A stretch of 64,000 nucleotides of DNA from an uncultured Acidibacter sp. (GCA_964541625.1 CAZIRD010000002.1:6246-70245), one strand, 5' to 3'. Counted from the first letter of the stretch, positions 18,064 through 28,308 are shown. The notes: a model not told the origin generated them from the sequence alone. Program-made: numbers and translations.

Positions 18064-18378
18064 TCAGCGACGGCTGATGAGCACACCAAGGATCAGACCG
18101 ACCCCGGCGGCAATGCCCAACGACTGCCAAGGGTTGTCGCGCACGTAGCGCTCGGCATCATGGGCGGCATCTCGCGCCTTGCCGAGGACCTCGTCCTCGA
18201 GGGCGCCGAGACGCTCGCGCGCCGCGCGTACCGACCCGGCGGCACGCTCGCGGGCCTCATCGACGCGATCGCCGGCGAGCGAGGAGGCCTCGCGCAGCAG
18301 GGCCTCGGCGTCGGCGACGACGCGCCTCAGGTCTTCGACGATACGTTCGGTTTCGGTGCTGGACATCTGCGGCTGCAC
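18064..18378 (-). CDS. ElaB/YqjD/DUF883 family tail-anchored stress protein
   Basis: 104 aa. Helical N-terminus (EDLRRVVADAEALLREA) and C-terminal NPWQSLGIAAGVGLILGVLISRR anchor, typical of the family. Confidence 0.8.
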   Translation of the reverse strand: MQPQMSSTETERIVEDLRRVVADAEALLREASSLAGDRVDEARERAAGSVRAARERLGALEDEVLGKARDAAHDAERYVRDNPWQSLGIAAGVGLILGVLISRR

Positions 18379-18459
18379 TCCTCTTTCTGGGGGACCGCCC
18401 GGCGAGGCAGTAACACCTGCCGGGGACGCCTCGATGGGACCATGCTAACGGCCGTGGGT

Positions 18460-19659
18460 TCAGCCGTCATTGCGGAATACCGCAAGCCAGTCACGCTCGT
18501 CGGCGGCGGCGGCGGCCTCGAGATCGCCCGGGCGGGCCGCCGGATCGTCCACCCATTCGCGCAACAGCGGGCCGCCGTTGATGACGTCGATCGCCAGCCG
18601 CCCGGTTTCGTATTCATAGGCGAAGTCGCGCCAGAGCGGATACTCCGGCCAAAGATTGCGGATCGCCTTGAAAGCCAGCGCCTGCAGGCGCCATGGACGG
18701 AAGACGTGGTGGACGTAGGCCGGATCGTCGGTGTGGATCTGCAGGCCGCTGCATAACCGGCCGGCGTGTTTGTGGAAGGTCGGCTCAAACCAGCAGCTGC
18801 GCAGCCGGCAGCCGGCGAGCCAATCGGGCGCGAGCCGCTGCATCTCCACCAGCAGCCTGGCGGCGTCGATGTCGGGGGCACCAAAGAGTTCCAGCGGGCG
18901 GGTGGTGCCGCGGCCCTCCGACAGCGTCGTACCCTCCACCATCACCGTGCCCGCGTAAGCGCGCGCCATGAAGACGTTCGGCGCGTTCGGACTCGGGTTG
19001 ATCCAACTACGCTCGCCGAGCGGCCAGCCGTAGCCCGGGCCGCGCTCCGTCTCCCAGCCAAGCAGGTCGATCACCGTCAGCTCGACGTCGAGCCGCAGCT
19101 CGCGCACGAACCAGCGCGCGAGTTCGCCCATGGTCCGTCCGTGGCGCATCGGCATGGCGCCCGCCCCCACGAAACTCTCCCAACCGGGGCGCAGCGCCAG
19201 TCCCTCCACGGGTCTGCCGGCGGGATTTGGCCGATCGAGCACCCACACGGCCTTGCCCAAACGGGCGGCGGCCTCGAGCACGTAACGCAGGGTGGTGATG
19301 AAAGTGTAGATACGGCAGCCGAGATCCTGCAGGTCGATGAGCACGACGTCGCAGTGAGCCAGCATCGCGTCGGTCGGGCGACGCACTTCGCCGTACAAAC
19401 TGAACACCGGGATACCGAGCGCAGGATCGGTGTAGTCGGGCGACTCGATCATGTTGTCCTGCTTGTCGCCACGCAGGCCATGCTGCGGACCGAACGCCGC
19501 CGTCAGCGCGAGCCCAGGGGTCGCGGCGAGGGCATCGAGGCTGTGGCGAAAATCGGCCGTCATCGAGGCCGGATGCGCGAGCAGCGCCAAGCGGCGCCCG
19601 CGCAGCGGCGCCCGCAGGGCAGGCTCGGCAAGCAGGCGGTCGATGCCGAACTGGATCAT
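18460..19659 (-). CDS. DUF1343 family protein (NamZ/YbbC-like exo-beta-N-acetylmuramidase family)
   Basis: ATG 19659 gives MIQFGIDRLL...LLAHPASMT...FGPQHGLRGDKQDNM...VVLIDLQDLGCRIYTFITTL...VLDRPNP. ATGA overlap with the upstream gene. Confidence 0.8.
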   Translation of the reverse strand: MIQFGIDRLLAEPALRAPLRGRRLALLAHPASMTADFRHSLDALAATPGLALTAAFGPQHGLRGDKQDNMIESPDYTDPALGIPVFSLYGEVRRPTDAMLAHCDVVLIDLQDLGCRIYTFITTLRYVLEAAARLGKAVWVLDRPNPAGRPVEGLALRPGWESFVGAGAMPMRHGRTMGELARWFVRELRLDVELTVIDLLGWETERGPGYGWPLGERSWINPSPNAPNVFMARAYAGTVMVEGTTLSEGRGTTRPLELFGAPDIDAARLLVEMQRLAPDWLAGCRLRSCWFEPTFHKHAGRLCSGLQIHTDDPAYVHHVFRPWRLQALAFKAIRNLWPEYPLWRDFAYEYETGRLAIDVINGGPLLREWVDDPAARPGDLEAAAAADERDWLAVFRNDG

Positions 19660-20243
19660 GCCAAGACCCTGTCCTTGCCGTTCGCCGGCACCAGCCTGAG
19701 CGCCGCGGTGGGCAGCGACGCATGGAAGTCGGCCGGGCCTGCAAGGTGCTGCCGAGCCCAGTAGCCGAGCCCCGCGCGGGTCTCGATCACCATCGTCGGC
19801 GCCACGGCAAGGCAAGGACCGAACGCAGGCCGCGGCAGCGACACATGCAGCCGCAACGAAGCGATGCGGTCTTCGGTGTCGGGGTTGCCAAGAACACAGC
19901 GGATCACGGGCGCACCGCCCCAGTCATGTGCACGCATGCCGCGACGCGGCGCGTCGAACGCATAGGCGGCCCAATCGCCGCCGGGGGAGAAATTGAATTC
20001 GAGATAGGGGCCCGGCCGTTGCGGATCGAGGGCAAAGATTTCGCCGCAGGTGTGGCGCCAGAGACCCTCGCGGCGCAGACCACCGCCGACGCCTCGATCC
20101 GTGTCCGCCGCCAGCACGAGCGGCTCAGCCGCGCTGATTTCGTAGTCGATGTCGACGGTGTCGGGATAGGCGTGCACGTTCACGACCACGCTTGCCCCGC
20201 CGGCGGGCGGTCCATCGGGATGCGGTACGAGCTCGAACCTCAT
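19656..20243 (-). CDS. Hypothetical protein, possibly DOMON/CBM9-like beta-sandwich (family not confidently recognised)
   Basis: 195-aa ORF with ATGA overlaps to both neighbours. No catalytic motif recognised. Confidence 0.5.
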   Translation of the reverse strand: MRFELVPHPDGPPAGGASVVVNVHAYPDTVDIDYEISAAEPLVLAADTDRGVGGGLRREGLWRHTCGEIFALDPQRPGPYLEFNFSPGGDWAAYAFDAPRRGMRAHDWGGAPVIRCVLGNPDTEDRIASLRLHVSLPRPAFGPCLAVAPTMVIETRAGLGYWARQHLAGPADFHASLPTAALRLVPANGKDRVLA

Positions 20244-21109
20244 ACTCGCCGCCCGGCGATTACCGGTACCTGCCAGACGCCGTAGCTGTCCGGGTCAAGC
20301 ACGGTGGCAATGATCGCGTCGAACGCGGCGATCACCGCCGGCCTACCCAGCGTGGAATGCTCGGCCAGTACCTTGGCATAACCATCACGCCAGGCCGTGA
20401 AGATGCCGGCGAGCGCGCTGCGCGGCACGCTTTCGGTGTCCACCGCAAGGTACTGCACGCCGAGGTGGGTGTAGCCGAGGCTGCGCATCAGCGGCAGGGT
20501 GCGCCGACCGATCCGCGCGTCGGTGCCGGTGGCCCGCGTGAACGGCACCACCGCCTCGTGCCACAAGCGGTCCGGATCGACGCCGTCACGCTCCGGGAAA
20601 TGCAGCATGGCGTAATCCTCGCTGAGCACATGCGCCCAGCCGCCAGGCTTCAGCACCCGATGGATTTCCGCGAGCAGCCGTTGCGGCTCGGGAACGAGCT
20701 GCGTGACGTGCCGGCAGACCACGAGGTCGAAGTAGCCCGCCGGGAACCGCAGCGCGAAACCATCGCCCTGCTCGAAAATCACCGCCGGCGACGCCGGTAC
20801 CGGGCGGGCGCGTGCGGCCGTCAGCAGCTCGGGCATCAGATCGACGCCGTATACCGCCTCGGCGCCCGGGAACATTGCAGCCAGACGCAAGCTTGCCTCG
20901 CCCGAGCCGCAGCCGAGATCGAGAATCCGCGCCTGCCGGGGCAGCGCGTAGCGACTGAAGAGGCGGGACTCGAGCGGCCAGATGGCCTCGGTCTGGTGAC
21001 GCAGGGTGCGCAGCATGGACTCGTCGGCCATCTGCGGGGCCTGGGGGTTGAGCGCCGCGGGGGCGGTGGGGGAAAGCGTCATCGGCGTCAAAACGTCACG
21101 GGATACCAC
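20240..21109 (-). CDS. Class I SAM-dependent methyltransferase
   Basis: Motif I RILDLGCGSGEASL, with VYGVDL and the LKPGGWAHVL pattern. Start uncertain (21109, 21082 or 21031). Confidence 0.8.
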   Translation of the reverse strand: MVSRDVLTPMTLSPTAPAALNPQAPQMADESMLRTLRHQTEAIWPLESRLFSRYALPRQARILDLGCGSGEASLRLAAMFPGAEAVYGVDLMPELLTAARARPVPASPAVIFEQGDGFALRFPAGYFDLVVCRHVTQLVPEPQRLLAEIHRVLKPGGWAHVLSEDYAMLHFPERDGVDPDRLWHEAVVPFTRATGTDARIGRRTLPLMRSLGYTHLGVQYLAVDTESVPRSALAGIFTAWRDGYAKVLAEHSTLGRPAVIAAFDAIIATVLDPDSYGVWQVPVIAGRRV

Positions 21110-21198
21110 GCGTCAGCCAGTCCAAAAAGTCATCTAGTCCCAAATGATAGGCCAACAATGGGACAATGGCCGCCCGACATGGACGGTCGGAGTCCCCC

Positions 21199-24100
21199 AT
21201 GAACGCCGCTGTCGCAGAACTGCCCCTGTTCGCCCCGCCGGAGAGCGCCGCACCGCGCATCCGCGAGATCCCGTACAACTACACCTCGTTTTCGGATCGC
21301 GAGATCGTCATCCGCCTGCTCGGGGCAGACTGCTGGGCGCTGCTCGATGAACTGCGCGGCGAGCGCCGCACGGGTCGCTCCGCACGCATGCTCTACGAGG
21401 TGCTCGGCGACATCTGGGCGGTACAGCGCAACCCCTACCTCGAGGACGATCTGCTCGACAGTCCGCGACGCCGCCGTCTGTTGATCGAAGCGCTCGAACA
21501 TCGGCTCGGCGAGATCGACCGGCGCCGCGATACCGGCGGCAGCGCCATCGAGACGGAGCGCGATCGCAAGGTCGGTCTGCTGCTCGAGGCTGCGCGCGCG
21601 GCGGTGCGCGCGTTTGCCGACGCATTCAAGCGCACCGCGCGCCTGCGCGAGCGTACCCGGCGACTGCTCGGACGGCATACCCGCGCCGACGCCATCCGCT
21701 TCGACGCTTTTGCCCGCGTCTCGCATGTCACCGACGCGACCGACTGGCGTGTGGAATATCCGTTCGTGGTGATCTGCCCCGATGCCGAAGACGAGATCCC
21801 GGGTCTCGTACGCGCCTGTGCAGAACTCGGCCTCAGCGTCATTCCGCGTGGCGGCGGCACCGGCTACACGGGCGGTGCCGTACCGCTCACGCCCCTCTCC
21901 GCCGTCATCAACACCGAGAAACTCGAACGGGTGTCCGAGGTCGAGCACGTCGCGCTGCCGGGTGTCATGGAGGCGGGCCGCGAGCGCGCCGTGCCCACGG
22001 TGTACTCGGAAGCGGGCGTGGTCACCAAGCGCGTCGCCGACGCTGCCGAGCGGGCGGGCTTCGTGTTCGCCGTCGATCCGACCTCGATCGATGCCTCCTG
22101 CATCGGCGGCAACATCGCCATGAACGCCGGCGGCAAGAAGGCCGTACTCTGGGGCACCGCCGTCGACAACCTCGCCTGGTGGCGCATGGTCGATCCGGAC
22201 GGCAACTGGCTGGAGGTCGAGCGTATCGGCCACAACCTCGGCAAGATCCACGATGCCCCCGAGGTGGAGTGGCGCCTGACCTGGAAAGACGGCCGCGAAC
22301 CGGCGGCGACCGCGCGCGTGCTGCGTACCGCAGCGTTGCGCATGCCGGGTTCGCTGTTCCGCAAGGCAGGGCTGGGCAAGGACGTCACCGACAAGTTTCT
22401 CGGCGGCCTGCCCGGCGTGCAGAAGGAAGGCTGCGACGGCCTGATCACCGCAGCGCGCTGGGTCGTGCACCGCATGCCGCGGCACATGCGCACCGTATGC
22501 CTCGAATTCTTTGGGCAAGCCCGCGATGCCATTCCCTCGATCGTCGAGATCATCGAGCAGCTCAATGCAGCGGATCGCAGCCATGGCGTCAAACTCGCCG
22601 GGCTGGAGCACCTCGATGAGCGCTATCTGCGGGCGGTGGGCTACGTCACCAAGAGCAAACGCGCCCAACTGCCGAAAATGGTGCTGATCGGCGATATCGT
22701 CGGCGACGACGAAGCCGCCGTCGCGCGCGCTGCCTCGGACGTGGTGCGCATCGCCAACCTGCGCGCCGGCGAGGGCTTCATCGCCGTCGGCGCCGAAGCG
22801 CGCAAGAAATTCTGGCTGGATCGGGCGCGCACGGCAGCGATCGCCAAGCACACCAACGCCTTCAAGATTAACGAAGACGTCGTCATCCCGCTGCCGCGGC
22901 TCGGCGACTACACCGACGCCATCGAGCGCATCAACATCGAACTGTCGATCGCCAACAAGCTGCGACTCGTCGATGCGCTCGAGGAGTTCCTGCGCGGCGA
23001 GTTGCGCCCGGGGAAGACCGGCGACGCCGAGCTCGATGCGCTCTCGCGCGCCGAGATTCTGGGTGATCGGCCGGCGCGGGCGCGACAGATCGTGGTCGAA
23101 GTGCGCAACCGCTGGTCCGACCTGCGCCACCGCCTCGATGATCCGGCGGTGTTCCGCGACCTGCAGGACCGCAGCCTGCGCGTGTCCTGGAAGCGCGAAC
23201 TGCGCGATCCGCTCAACGAAATCTTTGCCGGTGACGCCTACGCGCCGATCCGCGCCGAGTTCCGCGCCATCCACCAGCGCGTGCTGAAAGGTCGCGTCTG
23301 GGTTGCACTGCACATGCACGCGGGCGACGGCAACGTGCACACCAACATCCCGGTGAACTCCGACGACTACCTCATGCTGCAGGAGGCCAATGCCGCGGTC
23401 GTACGCATCATGCAGATCGCGCGGGACCTCGGCGGCGTGATCTCCGGCGAGCACGGCATCGGCATCACCAAACTCGAATTCCTCACCGACGAGGAAACCG
23501 CCGGACTGCGTGCCTACAAGCAGCGGATCGACCCGGAGGGCCGCTTCAACAAAGGCAAGCTGTTGCCCGGCGGCGATCTCAGCCGTGCGTGGACGCCGAG
23601 CTTCAACCTGCTCGGCCATGAATCGCTGATCATGCAGCAGTCGGACATCGGCACGATCTCTTCGGCGATCAAGGACTGCCTGCGCTGCGGCAAGTGCAAG
23701 CCGGTCTGCGCCACACACGTGCCGCGGGCCAACCTGCTCTACAGTCCGCGCAACAAGATCCTCGCCACTTCGCTGCTGATCGAGGCGTTCCTCTACGAGG
23801 AACAGACGCGGCGCGGCGTGTCGATCCGCCACTGGGACGAGTTCGGCGATGTCGCCGACCACTGCACCGTCTGCCACAAGTGCGAAAGCCCCTGCCCCGT
23901 CGACATCGACTTCGGCGACGTCTCGATGGCCATGCGCGATCTGCTGCGGCGCATGGGCAAGAAGCGCTTCAACCCCGGCACCGCCGCCTCGATGCTGTTC
24001 CTCAACGCCACCAGCCCGCAGGCCATCAAGCTCGCCCGCACCGGGCTGATCGAATGGGGCTTCAAGGCGCAGCGGCTCGGTCACCAGCTGCTCAAGGCCT

Positions 24101-25089
24101 TTGCCAAGCCGCAGGTGCAGGCGCCGCCGGCCACCACCGGCAAGCCGCCGGTGCGCGAGCAGGTGGTGCACTTCGTCAACCGGCGCATGCCCGCCGGCGT
24201 ACCGAAGAAAACGGCCCGCGCGCTGCTCGATATCGAGGACCGCAACTACGTGCCGGTGATCCGCAATCCGCAGGGCACGAGCAGCGACGCCGAGGCCGTG
24301 TTCTATTTCCCGGGCTGCGGCTCGGAGCGCCTGTTCTCGCAGGTGGGGCTCGCCACGCAGGCCATGCTCTGGCACGTCGGTGTGCAGACCGTGCTGCCGC
24401 CGGGATATCTTTGTTGCGGTTACCCGCAGCGCGGCTCGGGTGAGTTCGACAAGGCCGAGAAGATGATCACCGACAACCGGGTGCTTTTCCATCGCGTCGC
24501 CAACACCCTCAACTACCTCGATATCAAGACCGTGGTGGTCAGTTGCGGCACCTGCTTCGACCAGTTGCAGGGCTATGAATTCGACAAGATCTTCCCGGGC
24601 TGCCGCATCGTCGACATCCATGAGTTCCTCATGGAGAAGGGCGTGCGACTCGAGGGCGTGACCGGCGTCCGCTACCTCTACCACGACCCCTGCCACTCGC
24701 CGATGAAGAGCCACGAGCCGCTCAAGGTCGTCAACCAGCTCATCAACGCCGAAGCGAACGGCAAAGTGGTGAAGAACGATCGTTGCTGCGGCGAGTCCGG
24801 TACCTTCGCCGTGTCTCGCCCGGATGTGTCCACCCAGGTCCGCTTCCGCAAGGCGGAAGAGATGCAGAAAGGCGCCAAGGCGGCCCGGGCCGACGGCTTC
24901 GACGGCGCGGTGAAGGTGCTCACCTCCTGCCCGTCCTGCCTGCAGGGCCTCAAGCGCTACGAGGACGAGACCTCGCTCGACGCCGACTACATCGTGGTCG
25001 AGATCGCGCGCCACATCCTCGGCGAGCACTGGATGCGCGACTACGTCGCCGCCGCCAACGAGGGCGGCATCGAACGGGTTCTGGTCTGA
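21199..25089 (+). CDS. Large fused oxidoreductase: DUF3683 N-domain + FAD-linked oxidase (GlcD-like) + 2x[4Fe-4S] + CCG (GlcF/HdrD-like) domains
   Basis: ATG 21199 after GGAG. N-terminus has [17 protein letters not shown] (DUF3683). FAD region has [14 protein letters not shown] and [12 protein letters not shown]. Fe-S motifs are [11 protein letters not shown] and [13 protein letters not shown]-terminal region has [15 protein letters not shown] and CCGESGTF. Confidence 0.85.
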   Translation: MNAAVAELPLFAPPESAAPRIREIPYNYTSFSDREIVIRLLGADCWALLDELRGERRTGRSARMLYEVLGDIWAVQRNPYLEDDLLDSPRRRRLLIEALEHRLGEIDRRRDTGGSAIETERDRKVGLLLEAARAAVRAFADAFKRTARLRERTRRLLGRHTRADAIRFDAFARVSHVTDATDWRVEYPFVVICPDAEDEIPGLVRACAELGLSVIPRGGGTGYTGGAVPLTPLSAVINTEKLERVSEVEHVALPGVMEAGRERAVPTVYSEAGVVTKRVADAAERAGFVFAVDPTSIDASCIGGNIAMNAGGKKAVLWGTAVDNLAWWRMVDPDGNWLEVERIGHNLGKIHDAPEVEWRLTWKDGREPAATARVLRTAALRMPGSLFRKAGLGKDVTDKFLGGLPGVQKEGCDGLITAARWVVHRMPRHMRTVCLEFFGQARDAIPSIVEIIEQLNAADRSHGVKLAGLEHLDERYLRAVGYVTKSKRAQLPKMVLIGDIVGDDEAAVARAASDVVRIANLRAGEGFIAVGAEARKKFWLDRARTAAIAKHTNAFKINEDVVIPLPRLGDYTDAIERINIELSIANKLRLVDALEEFLRGELRPGKTGDAELDALSRAEILGDRPARARQIVVEVRNRWSDLRHRLDDPAVFRDLQDRSLRVSWKRELRDPLNEIFAGDAYAPIRAEFRAIHQRVLKGRVWVALHMHAGDGNVHTNIPVNSDDYLMLQEANAAVVRIMQIARDLGGVISGEHGIGITKLEFLTDEETAGLRAYKQRIDPEGRFNKGKLLPGGDLSRAWTPSFNLLGHESLIMQQSDIGTISSAIKDCLRCGKCKPVCATHVPRANLLYSPRNKILATSLLIEAFLYEEQTRRGVSIRHWDEFGDVADHCTVCHKCESPCPVDIDFGDVSMAMRDLLRRMGKKRFNPGTAASMLFLNATSPQAIKLARTGLIEWGFKAQRLGHQLLKAFAKPQVQAPPATTGKPPVREQVVHFVNRRMPAGVPKKTARALLDIEDRNYVPVIRNPQGTSSDAEAVFYFPGCGSERLFSQVGLATQAMLWHVGVQTVLPPGYLCCGYPQRGSGEFDKAEKMITDNRVLFHRVANTLNYLDIKTVVVSCGTCFDQLQGYEFDKIFPGCRIVDIHEFLMEKGVRLEGVTGVRYLYHDPCHSPMKSHEPLKVVNQLINAEANGKVVKNDRCCGESGTFAVSRPDVSTQVRFRKAEEMQKGAKAARADGFDGAVKVLTSCPSCLQGLKRYEDETSLDADYIVVEIARHILGEHWMRDYVAAANEGGIERVLV

Positions 25090-25097
25090 CGCCTCTC

Positions 25098-25689
25098 TCA
25101 GCCCGCTTTGCGGAAGGTGAGGTTGATGCGCACCGCGCCCAGCGGCGGCCCTACCCCGTGATACCCGCGGCGCGCCACGCCACCCCAGACGAGCACATCG
25201 CCGGGCTCGAGGCGGATCCGCAGCGGTGAACCCGCGCGGCGAGCGCCGTACCAGAAGAACATCGCCGGCGCGCCCAGCGTCACCGAGACGATCGGCTGGC
25301 TGAAGTCACGCTCGTCGGCATCGCGGTGCGCGCCCATGCGCGCGCCGGAAACGTAGCGGTTGATGAGACAGGCATCGGGATCAAAGCCGGGCCAGCCGGC
25401 CGCGGCGGCGGCGCGCTGCGCGAGCTCTTGCAAGGTCGCCGGCATCGCTGGCCAGGGCAGGCCGGTCAGCGGATCGCAGGGTTCGTAACGATAACCGCGG
25501 GCATCGCTGACCCAGCCAAGCTCGCCGCAATTGGTCATTGCCGCCGACATGGGACGGCCACCCGGCGTTTTCAGGTGCCGAAACGGCGCGGCGGCCGAGA
25601 TAAGCTCGGCCGCCGCGGCGTAGTCTTCGGTCGGCACCGCGAAGCCGTGCAGCAGCACGACCTCGGGTGCGACCTTGATCAGAGTCAAA
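25098..25689 (-). CDS. alkB: Alpha-ketoglutarate/Fe(II)-dependent DNA/RNA demethylase AlkB
   Basis: Strong similarity to E. coli AlkB (PFRHLKTPGGRPMSAAMTNCGELGWVSD, LPWPAMP, DACLINRY, HRDADE, IVSVTLG, NLTFRKAG). No ATG or GTG is available downstream of the TBDR stop. A TTG at 25689 gives MTLIKVAPEVVLLHGF. Confidence 0.75.
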
Positions 25690-25692
25690 CGA

Positions 25693-28209
25693 TCAGAAGC
25701 CGAAAGTGACGCGACCGTAGATGAAGCGTCCCGAGCGACCGAACGGCGAGTAGTTCGAGAACGACGTCGCACCGGTCGTGTTGAGCGTCGGCGGCAGCGG
25801 ATCCGGGTACTCGTCGAGCAGGTTGTCGGCACCGACCGCAAGCTTGATCGAGTCCGTCACCTGATAACGCGCCTCGAAATCGACCAGCGTCTTGGCGGTC
25901 AGCACGAAGTCCGTCGCAGCGGCCGAACCCGGCGACAGCGCGTCGCCGTAGCGCGTGGCACGCAGCGTGGCGCCGAGCTTGTCCTTCGTCCAGGTCGCCG
26001 AGAGCGCGAACTTGTTTTCCGGGTTGCCACTCTCGAAGGTCAGCACGTTGACCCGGCCGAACAGCGTCGGCGCCGGGTTGAGTGCCGTGAGCTGCGGCGT
26101 CGCCGGGATGCGCGTGACCTTGGTGTCGTTGAAGTTCGCGGTCGCGGTCAACTCGAACTTGCCGGCGGTCTCGGTGACCAGCGGGTAGCTGGCAACGATA
26201 TCGACACCATTGGTCTCGGTATCGACACCGTTGATGAAGAACCGGCCAGCGGCGCCCGGGAAGCCCTTGCCGAGCAGGAAGGCCTGCACGGCGCGATCAG
26301 CCGCCGACGTGCCGGCGCCGAGGTTCTCGGAGAGCACGATACGGTTGTCGATGTTGATCCAGTAGGCATCCACCGTCAGGCTGAAGTCGCCGAGCCGTGC
26401 CACCGCGCCGACCGAGAAGTTGGTCGACTTCTCGGCATCGAGCGACTGCGCACCGAGCGCCTGTGCCACCGGATCGGTGACCGGGAAGGTGGTGATGTCG
26501 TACGGGATGCCGCTGATGAAGTTGGTCGAGGTGGTGGTGAAGTACTGCTGCTGCAGCGACGGCGCACGGAAGCCGTTCGACGTCGAGGCGCGCAGCGCGA
26601 AGGCGTCGGTGAAGTCGTAGCGCAGCGCGATCTTGCCCGAGATGTTGCTGCCGAAGTCGGAGTAACGCTCACCGCGCACCGCCGCCGAGGCGAGCAGCTT
26701 GTCGGTGACGTTGGCTTCGAGGTCGACGTAGGCGCCGAGGGCATCGCGGCTCTTGTTGAGCGCATTGCTCGGACGGAAGCCCGGGAACACCTGTGCACCC
26801 GGCAGCACCGCGCCGCTCGCCGGCCGGAAGCCGCCGTCACGGTAGGAGTCCGGCTCACCGGCGGTGATGCTGTAGCTCTCGGTACGCGCTTCGACACCCA
26901 CCGCCACGTTGAGCGGCGAGGCGAGACCGACCTCGAACCCGCGCACACCCGAGAGGTTACCGACGATCTGCGCGTAGTCGAAGCCGCCGGCATCGAACGA
27001 CGTCTTGCTCGACGGGCCGAGCGTGCGGTTGAGGGTGTTCTGGATGGTGTAGAACATTTCATTGAAGCCGTAGCCCAGCGAGGCGTCGAGGTTCCACTCG
27101 CCGACCTCCCAGCGCGTGCCGAAACTCAGCGAGTAGTCCTTCACGTCCGGCGCGATCTGCGGCAGGAAGCCGTCCGGGTAGATCGAGACGATGTTCTGGT
27201 CCTGCAGCGAGCGGCGGTAGAAGCCCGCCGAGACGGCCTTGCGGCCCATGATGCTGGCGTTGGCGTAGATCTCGCGGCCGCTGGCGAGGGTGTAGCCCGC
27301 ATTGGCAAACACGGTGGTCTGCTTCATGTCCGGCTCGCCGTACCAGGCGACGAAGCGGTTGATGGTCGCCTCCCGCGGATCGAAGGCGCCGTTGACGAGC
27401 GCGTACTGCTGACGCATGTCATAGCCCGCGCGCTCGGTGCGGTTCTGGTCCTTGTATTCGGCAGCGATGGTGAGGAAGCCCGAATCGCCGAGGCTGAAGC
27501 CCTTCCAGCCGGAGAGCGTCAGCGTCTCGCCGTCCGAACGGCTGCGCTTGAGCACGGCAGGTGCCGACCAGTTGGCGTTGGTGATGGCCGCGCCTGCCGC
27601 GTTGCGCGCGACGTCAGTGATGTTCTCGTACTCGGTGTCGCGCCAGCCGTAGCTCACGCCGAACTCACCGCCGTCACGATCCTCGCGCAGGCGCAGGTTG
27701 ATCACGCCGGCGATCGCGTCGGAGCCATACTGCGCCGAGGCGCCGTCGCGCAGCACTTCGATGGCGCGTACCGCGGTGGTCGGAATGGAATTGAGGTCGG
27801 TCGCCGACGCGCCGCGGCCGATGGTGCCGTTGACGTTGACGAGCACGGCCGCATGACGGCGCTTGCCGTTGACGAGCACCAGCGTCTGGTCAGGCGCAAG
27901 ACCGCGCAGGGTCGCCGGACGGACGGTGTCCGTGCCATCGGTGAGGCCCGGGCGGGGGAAATTGAACGAGGGCAGCGCAACCGACAGCGCCTGGCTGATC
28001 TCGGTGACGCCGATGTTGGTCAGCGCGTCCGAGGGAATGACGTCGACGGGGACTGCCGTCTCCAGGGCGGACCGGTTCGCGACGCGCGTACCGGTGACCA
28101 CGACTTGTTCGAGGTCGTCGATGCTGGCGGCCTTGGGGGCGTTCTGGGCGGCTGCGGCCTGCGCGAGCGCAGCGGCGACGAAAACAGCGACCAACGTTTT
28201 GTGGCGCAT
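25693..28209 (-). CDS. TonB-dependent outer-membrane receptor (TBDR-B)
   Basis: ATG 28209 preceded by AGGAG. Product MRHKTLVAVFVAAALAQAAAAQ has a signal peptide. Plug motifs are present (QVVVTGTR, LRGLAPDQTLVLVNGKRR, LRDGASAQYGSDAIAGVINLRL). C-terminus ends ...YGRVTFGF. Confidence 0.9.
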   Translation of the reverse strand: MRHKTLVAVFVAAALAQAAAAQNAPKAASIDDLEQVVVTGTRVANRSALETAVPVDVIPSDALTNIGVTEISQALSVALPSFNFPRPGLTDGTDTVRPATLRGLAPDQTLVLVNGKRRHAAVLVNVNGTIGRGASATDLNSIPTTAVRAIEVLRDGASAQYGSDAIAGVINLRLREDRDGGEFGVSYGWRDTEYENITDVARNAAGAAITNANWSAPAVLKRSRSDGETLTLSGWKGFSLGDSGFLTIAAEYKDQNRTERAGYDMRQQYALVNGAFDPREATINRFVAWYGEPDMKQTTVFANAGYTLASGREIYANASIMGRKAVSAGFYRRSLQDQNIVSIYPDGFLPQIAPDVKDYSLSFGTRWEVGEWNLDASLGYGFNEMFYTIQNTLNRTLGPSSKTSFDAGGFDYAQIVGNLSGVRGFEVGLASPLNVAVGVEARTESYSITAGEPDSYRDGGFRPASGAVLPGAQVFPGFRPSNALNKSRDALGAYVDLEANVTDKLLASAAVRGERYSDFGSNISGKIALRYDFTDAFALRASTSNGFRAPSLQQQYFTTTSTNFISGIPYDITTFPVTDPVAQALGAQSLDAEKSTNFSVGAVARLGDFSLTVDAYWINIDNRIVLSENLGAGTSAADRAVQAFLLGKGFPGAAGRFFINGVDTETNGVDIVASYPLVTETAGKFELTATANFNDTKVTRIPATPQLTALNPAPTLFGRVNVLTFESGNPENKFALSATWTKDKLGATLRATRYGDALSPGSAAATDFVLTAKTLVDFEARYQVTDSIKLAVGADNLLDEYPDPLPPTLNTTGATSFSNYSPFGRSGRFIYGRVTFGF

Positions 28210-28277
28210 GGACAACTCCTGAGGCGAAAAGGTCAATTCGGGGGCGGTGAGTAGACCAAAAAATCAAGCCTTTGCAC

Positions 28278-28292
28278 AACAGCAAAGCTGTT
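28278..28292. promoter_or_regulatory. Inverted repeat AACAGC-AAA-GCTGTT in the TBDR-B/regulator divergent intergenic region
   Basis: Perfect 6-3-6 palindrome read directly. It is flanked by the direct repeats TTTGCACAACAG (28271) and TTTGCAACAG (28298). Confidence 0.35.
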
Positions 28293-28308
28293 CTTTCTTT
28301 GCAACAGT

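Noticed and set aside
21130-25029. 1299-aa minus-strand ORF
   Set aside because: It is a mirror image of the DUF3683-FAD-FeS oxidoreductase gene, with low-complexity Arg/Ala/Gly/His composition and no motifs. It is a shadow ORF.
25675-28254. 859-aa plus-strand ORF (and likewise 42-1784 plus, 15443-17086 minus, 46088-48016 minus, 48248-50068 minus)
   Set aside because: All are antisense to genes with strong family motifs (TBDR-B, RND permease, dcp, VOC/nhaA, SBP) and have the same Arg/Gly/Asp/His-rich shadow-frame composition.
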